This document shows positions 42,696 through 54,838 of a stretch of DNA of 64,000 bases, in pieces; position 1 is the stretch's first letter; each line of letters opens with the position of its first letter. A program made the position numbers and the translations under genes. The DNA comes from Eledone cirrhosa (Eukaryota), in assembly GCA_964016885.1 (NCBI GenBank), contig OZ024742.1:113894001-113958000 (forward strand), read 5' to 3'. The notes under the pieces are model-generated. The model worked only from the letters and a program-made list of their open reading frames with translations, did no database searches and had not been told where the DNA came from.

Positions 42696-45600
42696 ATGTC
42701 TAACGATGAAATCTCATACCGGATCGGCCGTCACCCGGGTAAAAAAGGCCCGCGTCCCTCAGTGAGGAACCAGACTGGGGTCGAAAAATCAGCTAATGGT
42801 TCAAACCTTCCCATCACTTCGGAGCTGGAGACCTCCCATAACCGGAATACTCCTACTGTTGGCCCTCCATGCTCACCACCAAGAAATCCAAAGAAAAAGA
42901 GAGAAAAATGGTCAAGGGAAGATAATAAAGAAGTCCTTGAGGCTTTCTACACTGCCATGTACTACCCGTCAAATACATCGAATACAGAGCAAACATATAT
43001 CAACTGGAAAAAGAAACATCCCGAAAACAGAGGCTATATTGACAGTAACAAACTAGCCAATATACGAAGAAATATTGTAAGAAAAAAGTTACTAACTGAT
43101 ATAGAAATTGATCAGATCAAGCTAGTAGCACAAAGTCAGCGAAGGGAAAAATGAAGCATGTGTCAGTGAAAACGAGGTAAACTGTAACACTTCGAATCCC
43201 AGAGTTGGGGCGGAATCACTGGCAACAGAACAAATTAAAGAAAGGAGCGAAAAAGTGGAGGGAGTGCATGCTCAGGATGAAACTCCAAATGAAAATAATG
43301 AGATCGTAAATGATAAAGAAATGAATGAGAATGAACTTGCCAACTTGAAGGATGAAATTATGATCGAATGGATGAAAATGAAAGAATCTGACATGGGGGA
43401 ACGAGACACCCTCCCTAAGATCCAGAACTCCAAACAGAACCAAAAGATAATACACAAGACTAACATAATTCTCAAAAACATTATCATCACAAACAAAATA
43501 AACATTACTGACTTAAATCATCTCTATTATGCATCGGCTAAAGTCACCACTCACTTATGTGGAGTGAAGATGAAAAAACAAAGGAATTCCCACAAGAAAT
43601 CTACTTGGCAAGATAACATCAATCGCCAAATAAACCTTCTCCGATCTGACATAGAAATTTTAACAAACTATAAAGTAGGTGAACATGTTAAACAAACTAA
43701 ACTTAGAAAATTGAAAAAAAAGTACAGTATAAGATCAACATGTGACATAGACATGCTGATAGAAACAATCAAGCAAAAAGTGTCGGCCAAAGCTGCTCAT
43801 ATAAGGCGCTTTGAAAAACGATCTAGATTCTATAAGGACAATAATATGTTCAAAAACAACCAAAGAAACTTCTACAGAAAAATTGGTAAGTCAACAATAA
43901 CTGCTAAATCAATACCACCCAAGGAGGAAGTGCAAGAATTCTGGGAAAAGATCTGGGCCGAAGAAAAAGTTCATAACATACATGCCCCATGGATAGACAG
44001 ACAAATGAAAGAAACAGCTCACCTTGAAGAACAAACATGGGAAAATATAACAGTTGAACAGCAAGAAAAACCAGCAAATGGAAATCCCCAGGAAAAGACA
44101 AAATACAAAACTTTTGGATAAATGCCTTCACAGAGTCTCATGAGCTGTTAGCCCAACTTTACAATGAAATAGTTAAGGAGCCAGAAAAGATACCATCATG
44201 GCTAGTTAACGGCATTACATTCCTGCTACCGAAGAATGATGAGACAAACAATCCCAAAAATTACAGACCGATAACCTGCTTGACCACAATGTATAAAATT
44301 TTAACATCAGTCCTAACTGAATACACATATGACCACCTGATAACAAATGACCTATTTCCCATTGAGCAGAAAGGGTGTAAACGAGGCTCATATGGCTGTA
44401 AGGATCAGCTTCTGGTTAACAAAATGATACTGGAAGATTGTCATAATAGACACAAAAATCTATCGATTGCTTGGATAGATTATAAAAAAGCATTTGATAG
44501 TTTGCCACACAGTTGGATTGAAAAATGTTTAGACATTTTCAAAATATCCCCCGTTGTCAGGAGGTTTTTGTCATTCAGTATGAGGACATGGAGAACGACA
44601 CTCCTTTTGAATAGTGAAACAAAATCACTGGAAGCTGGAGAAGTTAACATTAATTGTGGAATTTTTCAGGGTGACTCTTTATCACCGCTTTTATTCTGCA
44701 TCGCACTTATACCATTAAGTAAAATGCTCAATGAAACAAAACATGGATATAGAGTCTATGACAAAACCATTAATCACCTGTTCTACATGGATGACCTGAA
44801 ACTATTCTCAAAAAATGATGAACAATTGCAAGGGCTATTATCCACTGTGAAGCAGTTCAGTGATGACATTAAAATGGAGTTTGGACTGGATAAATGCGCC
44901 AAAGCAACGTTCACCAGAGGAAAGCTGCTGAAGAGTTCAGACATTAATCTTGATCGGGGGAACGTGATAAGAGAGCTTGATCAAGAACAAACTTACAAAT
45001 ATCTAGGTGTTTGTGAAGGAGACGGAATCAAGCACTCGACAATGAGGGAAAGGATAAGGAAGGAATGTTACCGCAGAGTCAGAGCAATCTTAAGAACGGA
45101 ATTGAATGCAAGGAATAGGATCGATGCCATAAACACGCTTGCCATACCAGTAGTAACCTATAGTTACAATGTCATCAACTGGTCAAGCACAGAGATCCGT
45201 AGGCTCGATACAAAAATCCGAAAATTCTTAACCATGCACAGAATGCATCACCCTAAGGCAGACATAGATAGAATATACTCCCTAGGAAAGAAGGAGGACG
45301 TGGGTTAATCCAGTTAGACATTGCGTTGAAAACTGCAACAATTGGATTATCCACATATCTAAGGGAATCACATGATTGGATGATCAAACTCGTTTTGAAA
45401 CACGAAAGCACCAAAAGATCATATTCCATTACAAAAGATGCACAAAGATACAGTAATGGACTACAAATTTCAGAAGTCCCATTTACTGCTGAAATGGAAA
45501 ACACAGAAAAAGCAAAGCAGGTAAAAGTAACTGCAAAGAAAGAACTGCTACAGAAACTGGCTAAGAAATGGCAAGAAAAGCCTCTGTATGGAAAATACCC

Positions 45601-46333
45601 AGAGCGAGCTAACAATCCTGATGTTGACAAAACTTTAACCCATCAGTGGTTGGCATCCTCTGGACTGAAATCGGAGACTGAAGGACTGATTATATCCGCA
45701 CAAGATCAGTGTCTGCCAACAAAAAATTACCAAGCCAACATAATAAAAAATGGGTGCAGCCCATTATGCCGTGTATGCAAAAAACAACCAGAGACCATTG
45801 ACCATATCATTTCAATGTGCAGTCCTATAGCTCCAACCGAATACCTAAACAGGCATGACAGAGCTGCACAATACATACATTGGATAATGTGTAAGCATTT
45901 TGACCTGCCCCATCAAAAGAATTGGTGGGAGCATCAACCACCTCCAATACTTGAAAAAGATCACATCTCAATCTTGTGGAACTTTAGCATCCAAACAGAC
46001 CGAAAAATAGATGCAAATAGACCTGATATAATATTGAAGGACTTTCAAAGGAGGGTATGCCTGCTAATTGATATGTCTGTTCCAATAGACAAGAATGTAT
46101 CTATAAAAACATTTGAAAAATTGAGCAAGTATAAGGACCTGGAGATAGAAATTGGAAAAATGTGGAAATTGAGAACTAAAACAATACCAGTGGTTGTAGG
46201 CGCTCTGGGAATGATACCTAAGGGGTCTAACCACTACTTATCGCAAATCCCAGGAAACCCGCGTATAGGAGAAATACAAAAGATAGTACTAATGGGAACT
46301 GCCCATATACTAAGGAAGATCCTGTCAATATAA
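42696..46333 (+). pseudogene. Family A polyprotein: N-terminal domain, RT, CCHC, restriction-like endonuclease; three frameshifts
   Basis: [76 protein letters not shown]. Frameshifts near 43150, 44062 (13-nt deletion relative to copy 2) and 45280. Confidence 0.93.
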
Positions 46334-46473
46334 TTACATCACAAGTCTAAACACTAAGGATGCATGTGTGAATATGTGTGCTCTTTCTTGAACATGGCGG
46401 ACCTTGTTGTCTCTTGAGGTCACTGGTTGTGACTTGGTGATAACTCGTATAAACATAAAGCAAGATAAATGCA

Positions 46474-46506
<33 letters not shown>

Positions 46507-46509
<3 letters not shown>

Positions 46510-49500
46510 GGAAGAAGACGCACGAGGTGGCGGAGGTCATGAAATCGCTCCCGTAAGTTTTGAAATTTTAACATATTTAAATCATTTGTGAAATAACAAC
46601 TCTTAGTACAAATGCTACGTAAAGCACCCGGCTTGAGCCCCAACAAATTCGGACCCAAAATATATTGTTATAAGGCTCAAATATTCAAATATTCAACTTT
46701 GTATTGTACACTGATAATCCAAAAAAGAAAATGGCTATAAATGGAAGAAGAACCCCCCTCCTCCTCTCCTCTGTCTACACTATATAGAACAGCCAAACTC
46801 ACCAACACCAGAAACTAGATACACCACCCACCTCATCACCTGTGCACACTAAACACAACAGCCAGATAACGGCAATTTCACCACCACCGCTCACTACTGC
46901 CATCATTACCACCACTATCCCATCACCACTCCTTCACTCCTTCACTGCTACCACCGCTACAACACCATCACCACAGTAATACGATCACATCGCCACCACC
47001 ACTGCCTCGGTATCGACATCACCACCACCACTGTCTCAGTACCGCTACCGCCGCCAGTCTTCCACTTCTCCCAGCTGTCTGCTGCCACCACATTATAGAA
47101 TTCCTACTACTAAAAAAGAGGAAGGCATCAAAATAAATATATAGATAGACTCAAAATAAAAAAATAAAAACAAACAACAAAACCAAAGCAGCACAGCAAC
47201 AACAGCAAAAAACGAGAAAAACAAACCGAGAAAAACAAACAGAGAAAAACAAAAACAAAAAACGTAAAGAAAATAAGAATGAAGAGAGAAACAGGCGGAC
47301 GGACAGAGAAAAGGGGGGAAAAACTAAAACTAAAAAAACAAAAACTAAGTCAGACATTCGAACACTACATTACAATGAAACTTATGCTTATTCATTTTTG
47401 GGGCCCTTTCTGCCTGTGTGTTTGTTTGTTTATGTGTTTTCGTATACAGCGTGGTGATAATGCCACACAAGGGCCAAGTGGAACGGCGAATCCACAGATG
47501 GCTATGTAACCTTACATTCGCCAATCCTCGATAAGAGTGTTTAAATATCGAACATAAACAGTTCGAATAACGGTGAAATGGAGACTAGAACGTCATGTGA
47601 CAGACTCTCACCCAACAGGCGCCCACTGGCTCAGCAGCAGGAACCTGACTGTCAACCAAATACTGCTGGTGTTGGAGGAAGAAGAAGAAGGAAAGGGGCC
47701 AGAACCAACTGGACGAAAGAATTGAATAGAACTGTTATGCAATGTTACCTGAAATGTAACCCCAAGGAGAGGGGCTATAGGAGACGGATGCATAACATCT
47801 GGAACGAGATTGGTCTATTTAAATTAGATGAACAAAAATTGGCCGGGCAGGCTCGGGTAATAAGAACTAATGGGTGGATAAGCGAGCTGGAACTGGAGGA
47901 ACTGAGGAGAGAGAATAGCTTGGAGATGGAGGGTGTAGTATGCCAGACAAACGAGCCAGTGGGAAATGAAGGTGTAGAGGTCGAGAGAACGGAGGAACCA
48001 CCCGAAGCAGACAATGATCTGAATACTGAGATAAATAATACCTGGAACAGAGATACGGCCACTGAGGAGATGAATGCTGACGGGCTAGGACAAGATTCGG
48101 TTGACATCCTAAATTTAGTGGTAGATGAATTGAACAATGATAGTGGGAGACCTATGAACCTAAGATTTGTAGACAGGAAAAAGTTAAAAGAAACAACAGC
48201 TAAGGTAAACAAAGTCATCCCATACCTTGAGGCGAGGAGCCTTCACCAGTGCAACAATATCCTCAAAGCAACAGCAAATACGGTGAGGAAACTACTTGGT
48301 ATAAAAGCGAGAGGAAACAACAGACAAGAAAGAGCAGAGCCGTGGTGGAAGAAACAACTGAGTGGTCAAATCGGGGAAATGAGAAATGACATAGGAAAGC
48401 TTGAGTCACTACTGAATGGGACACTAAAAAACATAGGCACTACAAAAAGACTGGAAATGAAGTACAAAACTAGGAGGAAAAAGCTAAATATTATCATAGA
48501 GGAACTGAAGCAACGCATTGTAGCAAAGAGTGTAAAAATCAGGCGATACGAGAATAGAGTCAGTCAGTTTAAACAGAACCGCATATTCGGCAACAACCAG
48601 AAGATGCTGTTTGGACAGCTTGAGGGGAAAGAAAGAGGCAACGACTTGATCCCTGGGGCGGAGCAAACTTAAACATTCTGGAGAGGAATATGGGAGCAGG
48701 ATGTTAGACATAATGTCCAGGCAGGATGGATTGAGACAGTACAGAGGGAGATCGGTGAGCAGGCACACCAACAAACTGATTTGAGTATCACAGTTGAAAC
48801 TCTTAAGGGGCAGGCCAAAAAACTAACCAACTGGAAATCACCAGGCCCAGATGGTGTGCAGGGGTATTGGATTAAAAATTTAACATCCCTCCACCCGAAG
48901 CTGACGGCCATGTTCAATGACTGCTTGGTGTCGGGTGAGGTGCCAGAGAGGTTGACAAAAGGTACCACAGCTCTGATAATGAAAGACCGAATCAAGGGTA
49001 ATGATGTTACCAAATATAGACCTATCACATGTCTGTCCGTAATGTGGAAACTGTTCACGAGCATTGTGTCTGAGGAAATCTACCATCACCTCCACACAAA
49101 CAACTTGTTACCGGACGAACAGAAAGGATGCCGAAAGAAGTCACGTGGTACAAAGGACCAGTTACTTATTGATAAGATGGTAATGGGGAATTGCAGGAGG
49201 AGACACACTGATCTTGCCATGGGATGGATAGACTACAGAAAGGCATTTGACATGGTGCCTCATTCTTGGATCACCAAAAGCCGGGAGATCTTCAGGGTGG
49301 CAGATAACATCAGACAGTTGCTGGGCAGGAGTATGGGGTCCTGGGAGACAGAGTTGACATCAACTGGAGTATCCTTGGGAAGCGTGAAGATCAAGAGAGG
49401 TATCTTCCAGGGAGATAGCCTGTCCCCTCTGTTGTTTGTCCTTGCCCTGATGCCCTTGACCATTATGCTGCTAAAAGTGAGAGCAGGATACAAGTTGGGA

Positions 49501-51070
49501 AAGGGAGAGCTTACCATCAATCACCTCCTCTTCATGGACGATCTTAAGCTCTTCGGGAAAAGTGAGAAGGAGTTGGATGTGCTTGTTGACACTGTCCGTA
49601 TTTTCAGCAGTGATATATGTATGCAGTTTGGTATTAGTTAATGTGGAGTCATTGTGATGAAGAGGGGTAGGTTGAGCAGAAGTAACGGGATCCAGATACC
49701 AACAGGTGAGATGATAAAGGAAATTGACTCTGAGGAAGGATACAAGTATTTGGGCGTTCTGGAGGCTGATGGCATAAAGAACAAAAAATGAAGGAATTGT
49801 TAAGAACTAAATACATTCGGAGAGTAAGGAGCGTATTGAAGTCACATCTGAACAGCAGAAATGCCATAAGCGCAGTAAATTCCCGAGCTGTGTCTATTAT
49901 TAGGTACAGTGCGGGAATTCTGAGATGGAATGTTGCTGAACAAAAAGAAATTGATAGGAAGACTAGGAAGCTATTGACTATCTACAACATGTTCCACAAG
50001 AGGAGTCATGTCGATAGACTCTACCTAAGGAGATCTGAGGGTGGACGAGGTCTTATCAGCATAGAGGATTGTGTTCAGATGGAGAAAAACAACCTATACA
50101 AATACGTGACCTATAGTAAGGAGCCAATGCTCAGATCTTTACTGAAGGAGGGGACAGTAGGCCAGGGGATGTCCAAGGAGGAAATAACATCAATGAGGAA
50201 GAGCAGCCTTAAGGGAAAATCCCTTCATAGTACCTTCTTTGAGAAAACTGAATTTAGAGATCCACAGACATGGAACTGGTTGAGAAGAGGAGACCTCAAA
50301 AAGGCTACAGGAGGAATGCTAGTGTCTGCGCAGGAGCAGGCCCTCAAAACGGAGTGGTTGAAGCACCATATTTACAAGGAGGAGGCTAGCCCACTGTGCA
50401 GGATCTGTGGAGAGAGAGAGTAGACTGTGGCTCACATTGTGTCCGAGTGTAAACACCTAGCCCAGACCCACTATAAGGGCTGGAGACACGATGTGATGGG
50501 CAGGGTGATCCACTGGCACCTGTGCAAAGTAAACAATTTACCACACTCTGAGAAATGGTATGAGCATAGGCCAGAGGCGGTGATGGAGAACAATCATGTG
50601 AAGGTGCTGTGGGATTTTAGGATACAGACGGACAAAAAACTGGAACACAATAGACCGGACCTGGTGGTTGTGGACAAAGAAAAAAGATCGTGTCTGATTG
50701 TGGATGTGGCCTGCCCTTTCGACACGAGAGTGCAAGAGAAGGAGAGGGAGAAAATTAACCGATACCAGGACCTAAAGTGGGAGGTGAAAAGGATTTGGAA
50801 CTGCCATGAAGTCAAAGTGATCCCGATTGTCATAGGCGCACTGGGGACTATCTCCAAAAGTTTCCAGGGATGGTTAAAGAAAATCGGCCCCGTCACGCTT
50901 TTTGGAACGCTTCAAAAGGCATGCTTGCTGGGAACAGCAAGAACCCTCCGATACGTCCTGAATATCTGAGGCTGCAGGTAGTTGCTTGATATTCATTCCA
51001 ACGGACTTTCCAGTTAACCAACATCAATGACTCAGATTCAAGGAATAACAACAATAATAATGAATAATAA
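46507..51070 (+). mobile_element. Dong/R4-like family B copy 1 (full length including leader)
   Basis: Starts right after (TAA)n, ORF at 47578-50969, short 3'UTR and TAA-like tail. Confidence 0.9.
47578..50969 (+). pseudogene. Family B polyprotein (RT + CCHC + RLE) with stops and a frameshift
   Basis: [68 protein letters not shown]. Stops at 48670, 49639 and 50421. Confidence 0.93.
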
Positions 51071-54000
51071 GTTTAAAAAAAAAAAAAATGTAAAGAAAAT
51101 AAGAATGAAGAGAGAAACAAGCGGACGGGCAGAGAAGAGAAGGGAAAAACTAAATCAGACATTTGAACACTACACTACATTACAATGAAACTTATGCTTA
51201 TTCATTTTGGGGTTTTTTTATGCCTGCGTGTTTGTTTGTTTATTTGTGTTCGTCTACAGCGTGGTGATAATGCAACACAAGTGCCAAATGGAACGGCGCA
51301 ACCACCGGACACGGTGAATCCACAGATGGCTATGTAACCATACATTCGCCAATCCTCGATAAGAGTGTTTAAATATCGAACCTAAACAGTTCGAATAACG
51401 GTGAAATGGAGACTAGAACGTCATGTGACAGACTCTCACCCAACAGGCGCCCCCTGGCTCAGCAGCAGGAACCTGACTGTCAACCAAATACTGCTGGTGT
51501 TGGAGGAAGAAGAAGAAGGAAAAGGGCCAGAACCAACTGGACGAAAGAATTGAATAGAACTGTTATGCAATGTTACCTGAAATGTAACCCCAAGGAGAGG
51601 GGCTATAGGAGACGGATGCATAACATCTGGAACGAGATTGGTCTATTTAAATTAGATGAACAAAAATTGGCCGGGCAGGCTCGGGTAATAAGAACTAATG
51701 GGTGGATAAGCGAGCTGGAACTGGAGGAACTGAGGAGAGAGAATAGCTTGGAGATGGAGGGTGTAGTATGCCAGACAAACGAGCCAGTGGGAAATGAAGG
51801 TGTAGAGGTCGAGAGAACGGAGGAACCACCCGAAGCAGACAATGATCTGAACACTGAGATAAATAATACCTGGAACAGAAATACGGCCACTGAGGAGATG
51901 AATGCTGACGGGCTGGGACAAGATTCGGTTGACATCCTAAATTTAGTGGTAGATGAATTGAACAATGATAGTGGGAGACCTATGAACCTAAGATTTGTAG
52001 ACAGGAAAAAGTTAAAAGAAACAACAGCTAAGGTAAACAAAGTCATCCCATACCTTGAGGCGAGGAGCCTTCACCAGTGCAACAATATCCTCAAAGCAAC
52101 AGCAAATACGGTGAGGAAACTACTTGGTATAAAAGCGAGAGGAAACAACAGACAAGAAAGAACAGAGCCTTGGTGGAAGAAACGACTGAGTTGTTAAATC
52201 AGGGAAATGAGAAATGACATTGGAAAGCTTGAGTCACTACAGAATGGGACACTAAAAAACATAGGCACTAAAAATAGACTGGAAATAAAGTACAAAATTA
52301 GGAGGAAAAAGCTAAATATTATCATTGAGGAACTGAAGCAACGCATTGTAGCAAAGAGTGCAAAAATCAGGCGATACGAGAACAGAGTCAGTCAGTATAA
52401 TCAGAAACGCATGTTCGACAACAACCAGAATATGCTGTTTGGACAGCATGAGGGGAAAGAAAGAGGCAACGACTTGATCCCTGGGGCGGAGCAAACTAAA
52501 ACATTCTGGAGAGGAATATGCGAGCAGGATGTTAGACATAATGACCAGGCAGGGTGGATTGAGACAGTACAGAGGGAGATCGGTGAGCAGGCACACCAAC
52601 AAACTGATTTGAGTATCACAGTTGAAACTCTTAAGGGGCAGGCCAAAAAACTAACCAACTGGAAATCACCAGGCCCACATGGTGTGCAGGGGTATTGGAT
52701 TAAAAATTTAACATCCCTCCACCCGAAACTGACGGCCATGTTCAATGACTGCTTGGTGACGGGTGAGGTGCCAGAGTGGTTGACAAAAGGTACCACAGTT
52801 CTGATAATGAAAGACCGAATCAAGGGTAATGATGTTACCAACTATAGACCTATCACATGTCTGTCCGTAATGTGGAAACTGTTGACGAGCATTGTGTCTG
52901 AGTAAATCTACCATCACCTCCACACAAACAACTTGTTACCGGACGAACAAAAGGATGCCGAAAGAAGTCACGTGGTACAAAGGACCAGTTACTTATTGAT
53001 AAGATGGTAATGGGGAATTGCAGGAGGAGACACACTGATCTTGCCATGGCATGGATAGACTACAGAAAGGCATTTGACATGGTGCCTCACTCTTGGATCA
53101 CCAAAAGGCTGGAGATCTTCAAGGTGGCAGATAACATCAGACAGTTGCTGGGCAGGAGTATGGGGTCCTGGGAGACAGAGTTGACATCAACTGGAGAATC
53201 CTTGGGAAGCGTGAAGATCAAGAGAGGTATCTTCCAGGGAGATAGCCTGTCCCCTCTGTTGTTTGTCCTTGCCCTGATGCCCTTGACCATTATGCTGCGA
53301 AAAGTGAGAGCAGGATACAAGTTGGGAAAGGGAGAGCTTACCATCAATCACCTCCTCTTCATGGACGATCTTAAACTCTTCGGGAAGAGTGATAAGGAGT
53401 TGGATGTGCTTGTTGACACTGTCCGCATTTTCAGCAGTGATATATGTATGCAGTTTCGTATTAGTAAGTGTGGAGTCATTGTGATGAGGAGGGGTAGGTG
53501 GAGCAGAAGTAACGGAATCCAGATACCAACAGGTGAGAGGATAAAGGAAATTGATTCTGAGGAAGGATACAAGTATTTGGGCGTTCTGGAGGCTGATGAC
53601 ATAAAGAACAAAAAAATGAAGGAATTGTTAAGAACTGAATACATTCGGAGAGTAAGGAGCGTATTGAAGTCACATCTGAACAGCAGAAATGGATAGGAAG
53701 ACGAGGAAGCTATTGACTATCTACAACATGTTCCACAAGAGGAGTGATGTCGATAGACTCTACCTAAGGAGATCTGAGGGTGGAAGAGGTCTTTTTAGCA
53801 TAGAGGACTGTGTTCAGATGGAGAAAAACAACCTATACAAATACGTGACTGATAGTAAGGAGCCAATGATCAGAACTGTACTGAAGGAGGGGACAGTAGG
53901 CCAGGGGATGTCCAAGGAGGAAATAACATCAAGGAGAATGAGCAGCCTTCAGGGAAAATACCTTCATAGTACCTTCTTTGAGAAAACTGAATTTAGAGAT

Positions 54001-54781
54001 CCACAGACATGGAACTGGTTGAGAAGAGGAGACCTCAAAAAGGCTACAGAAGGAATGTTAATGGCTGCGTAGGAGCAGGCCCTCAAAACGAAGTGGTTGA
54101 AACACCATATTTACAAGGAGGAGGCTTGCCCACTGTGCAGGATATGTGGAGAGAGAGAGGAGACTGTGGCTCACATTGTATCCGAGTGTAAACACCTAGC
54201 CCAGACCCACTATAAGGGCTGGAGACATGATGTGATGGGCAGGGTGATCCACTGGCATCTGTGCAAAGTAAACAATTTACCACATTCTGAGAAATGGTAT
54301 GAGCATAGGCCAGAGGCGGTGATGGAGAACGATCAGGTGAAGGTGCTGTGGGATTTTAGGATACAGACTGACAAGAAACTGGAACACAATAGACCTGACC
54401 TGGTGGTTGTGGACAAAGAAAAAAGAGCGTGTCTGATTGTGGATGTGGCCTGCCCATTCGACACGAGAGTGCAAGAGAAGGGGAGGGAGAAAATTAACCG
54501 ATACCAAGACTTAAAGTGGGAGGTAAAAAGGATTTGGACCTGCCATGAAGTCAAAGTGATCCCGATTGTCATAGGCGCATTGGGGACTATCTCCAAAAGT
54601 TTCCAGGGATGGTTAAAGAAAATCGGCCCCTTCGCGCTTTTTGGAACGCTTCAAAAGGCATGCTTGCTGGGAACAGCAAGAACCCTCCGATACGTCCTGA
54701 ATATCTGAGGCTGCAGGTAGTGGCTTGATATTCATTGCAACCGACTTTCCAGTGAACTAACATCAATGACTGAGATTCAAG

Positions 54782-54837
<56 letters not shown>
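51071..54837 (+). mobile_element. Family B copy 2, leader truncated, ORF 51406-54708 disrupted
   Basis: High identity to copy 1 from about 47265 onward. Stops, a frameshift and an ~89-bp deletion at about 53690. (TAA)n tail at 54783-54837. Confidence 0.93.

Positions 54838-54838
<1 letters not shown>

Larger units (their letters stand above)
41641..46506 (+). mobile_element. Dong/R4-like RLE non-LTR retrotransposon, family A copy 1 (near full length, including ~1-kb leader)
   Basis: Bounded by (TAA)n at both ends. Single disrupted ORF with RT, CCHC and RLE. Confidence 0.9.

Noticed and set aside
43130-43160. Programmed frameshift between ORFs 42696 and 43255
   Set aside because: Dong/R4 elements have one ORF, family B is continuous over this region, and this copy has other lesions. 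A simple indel is likelier.
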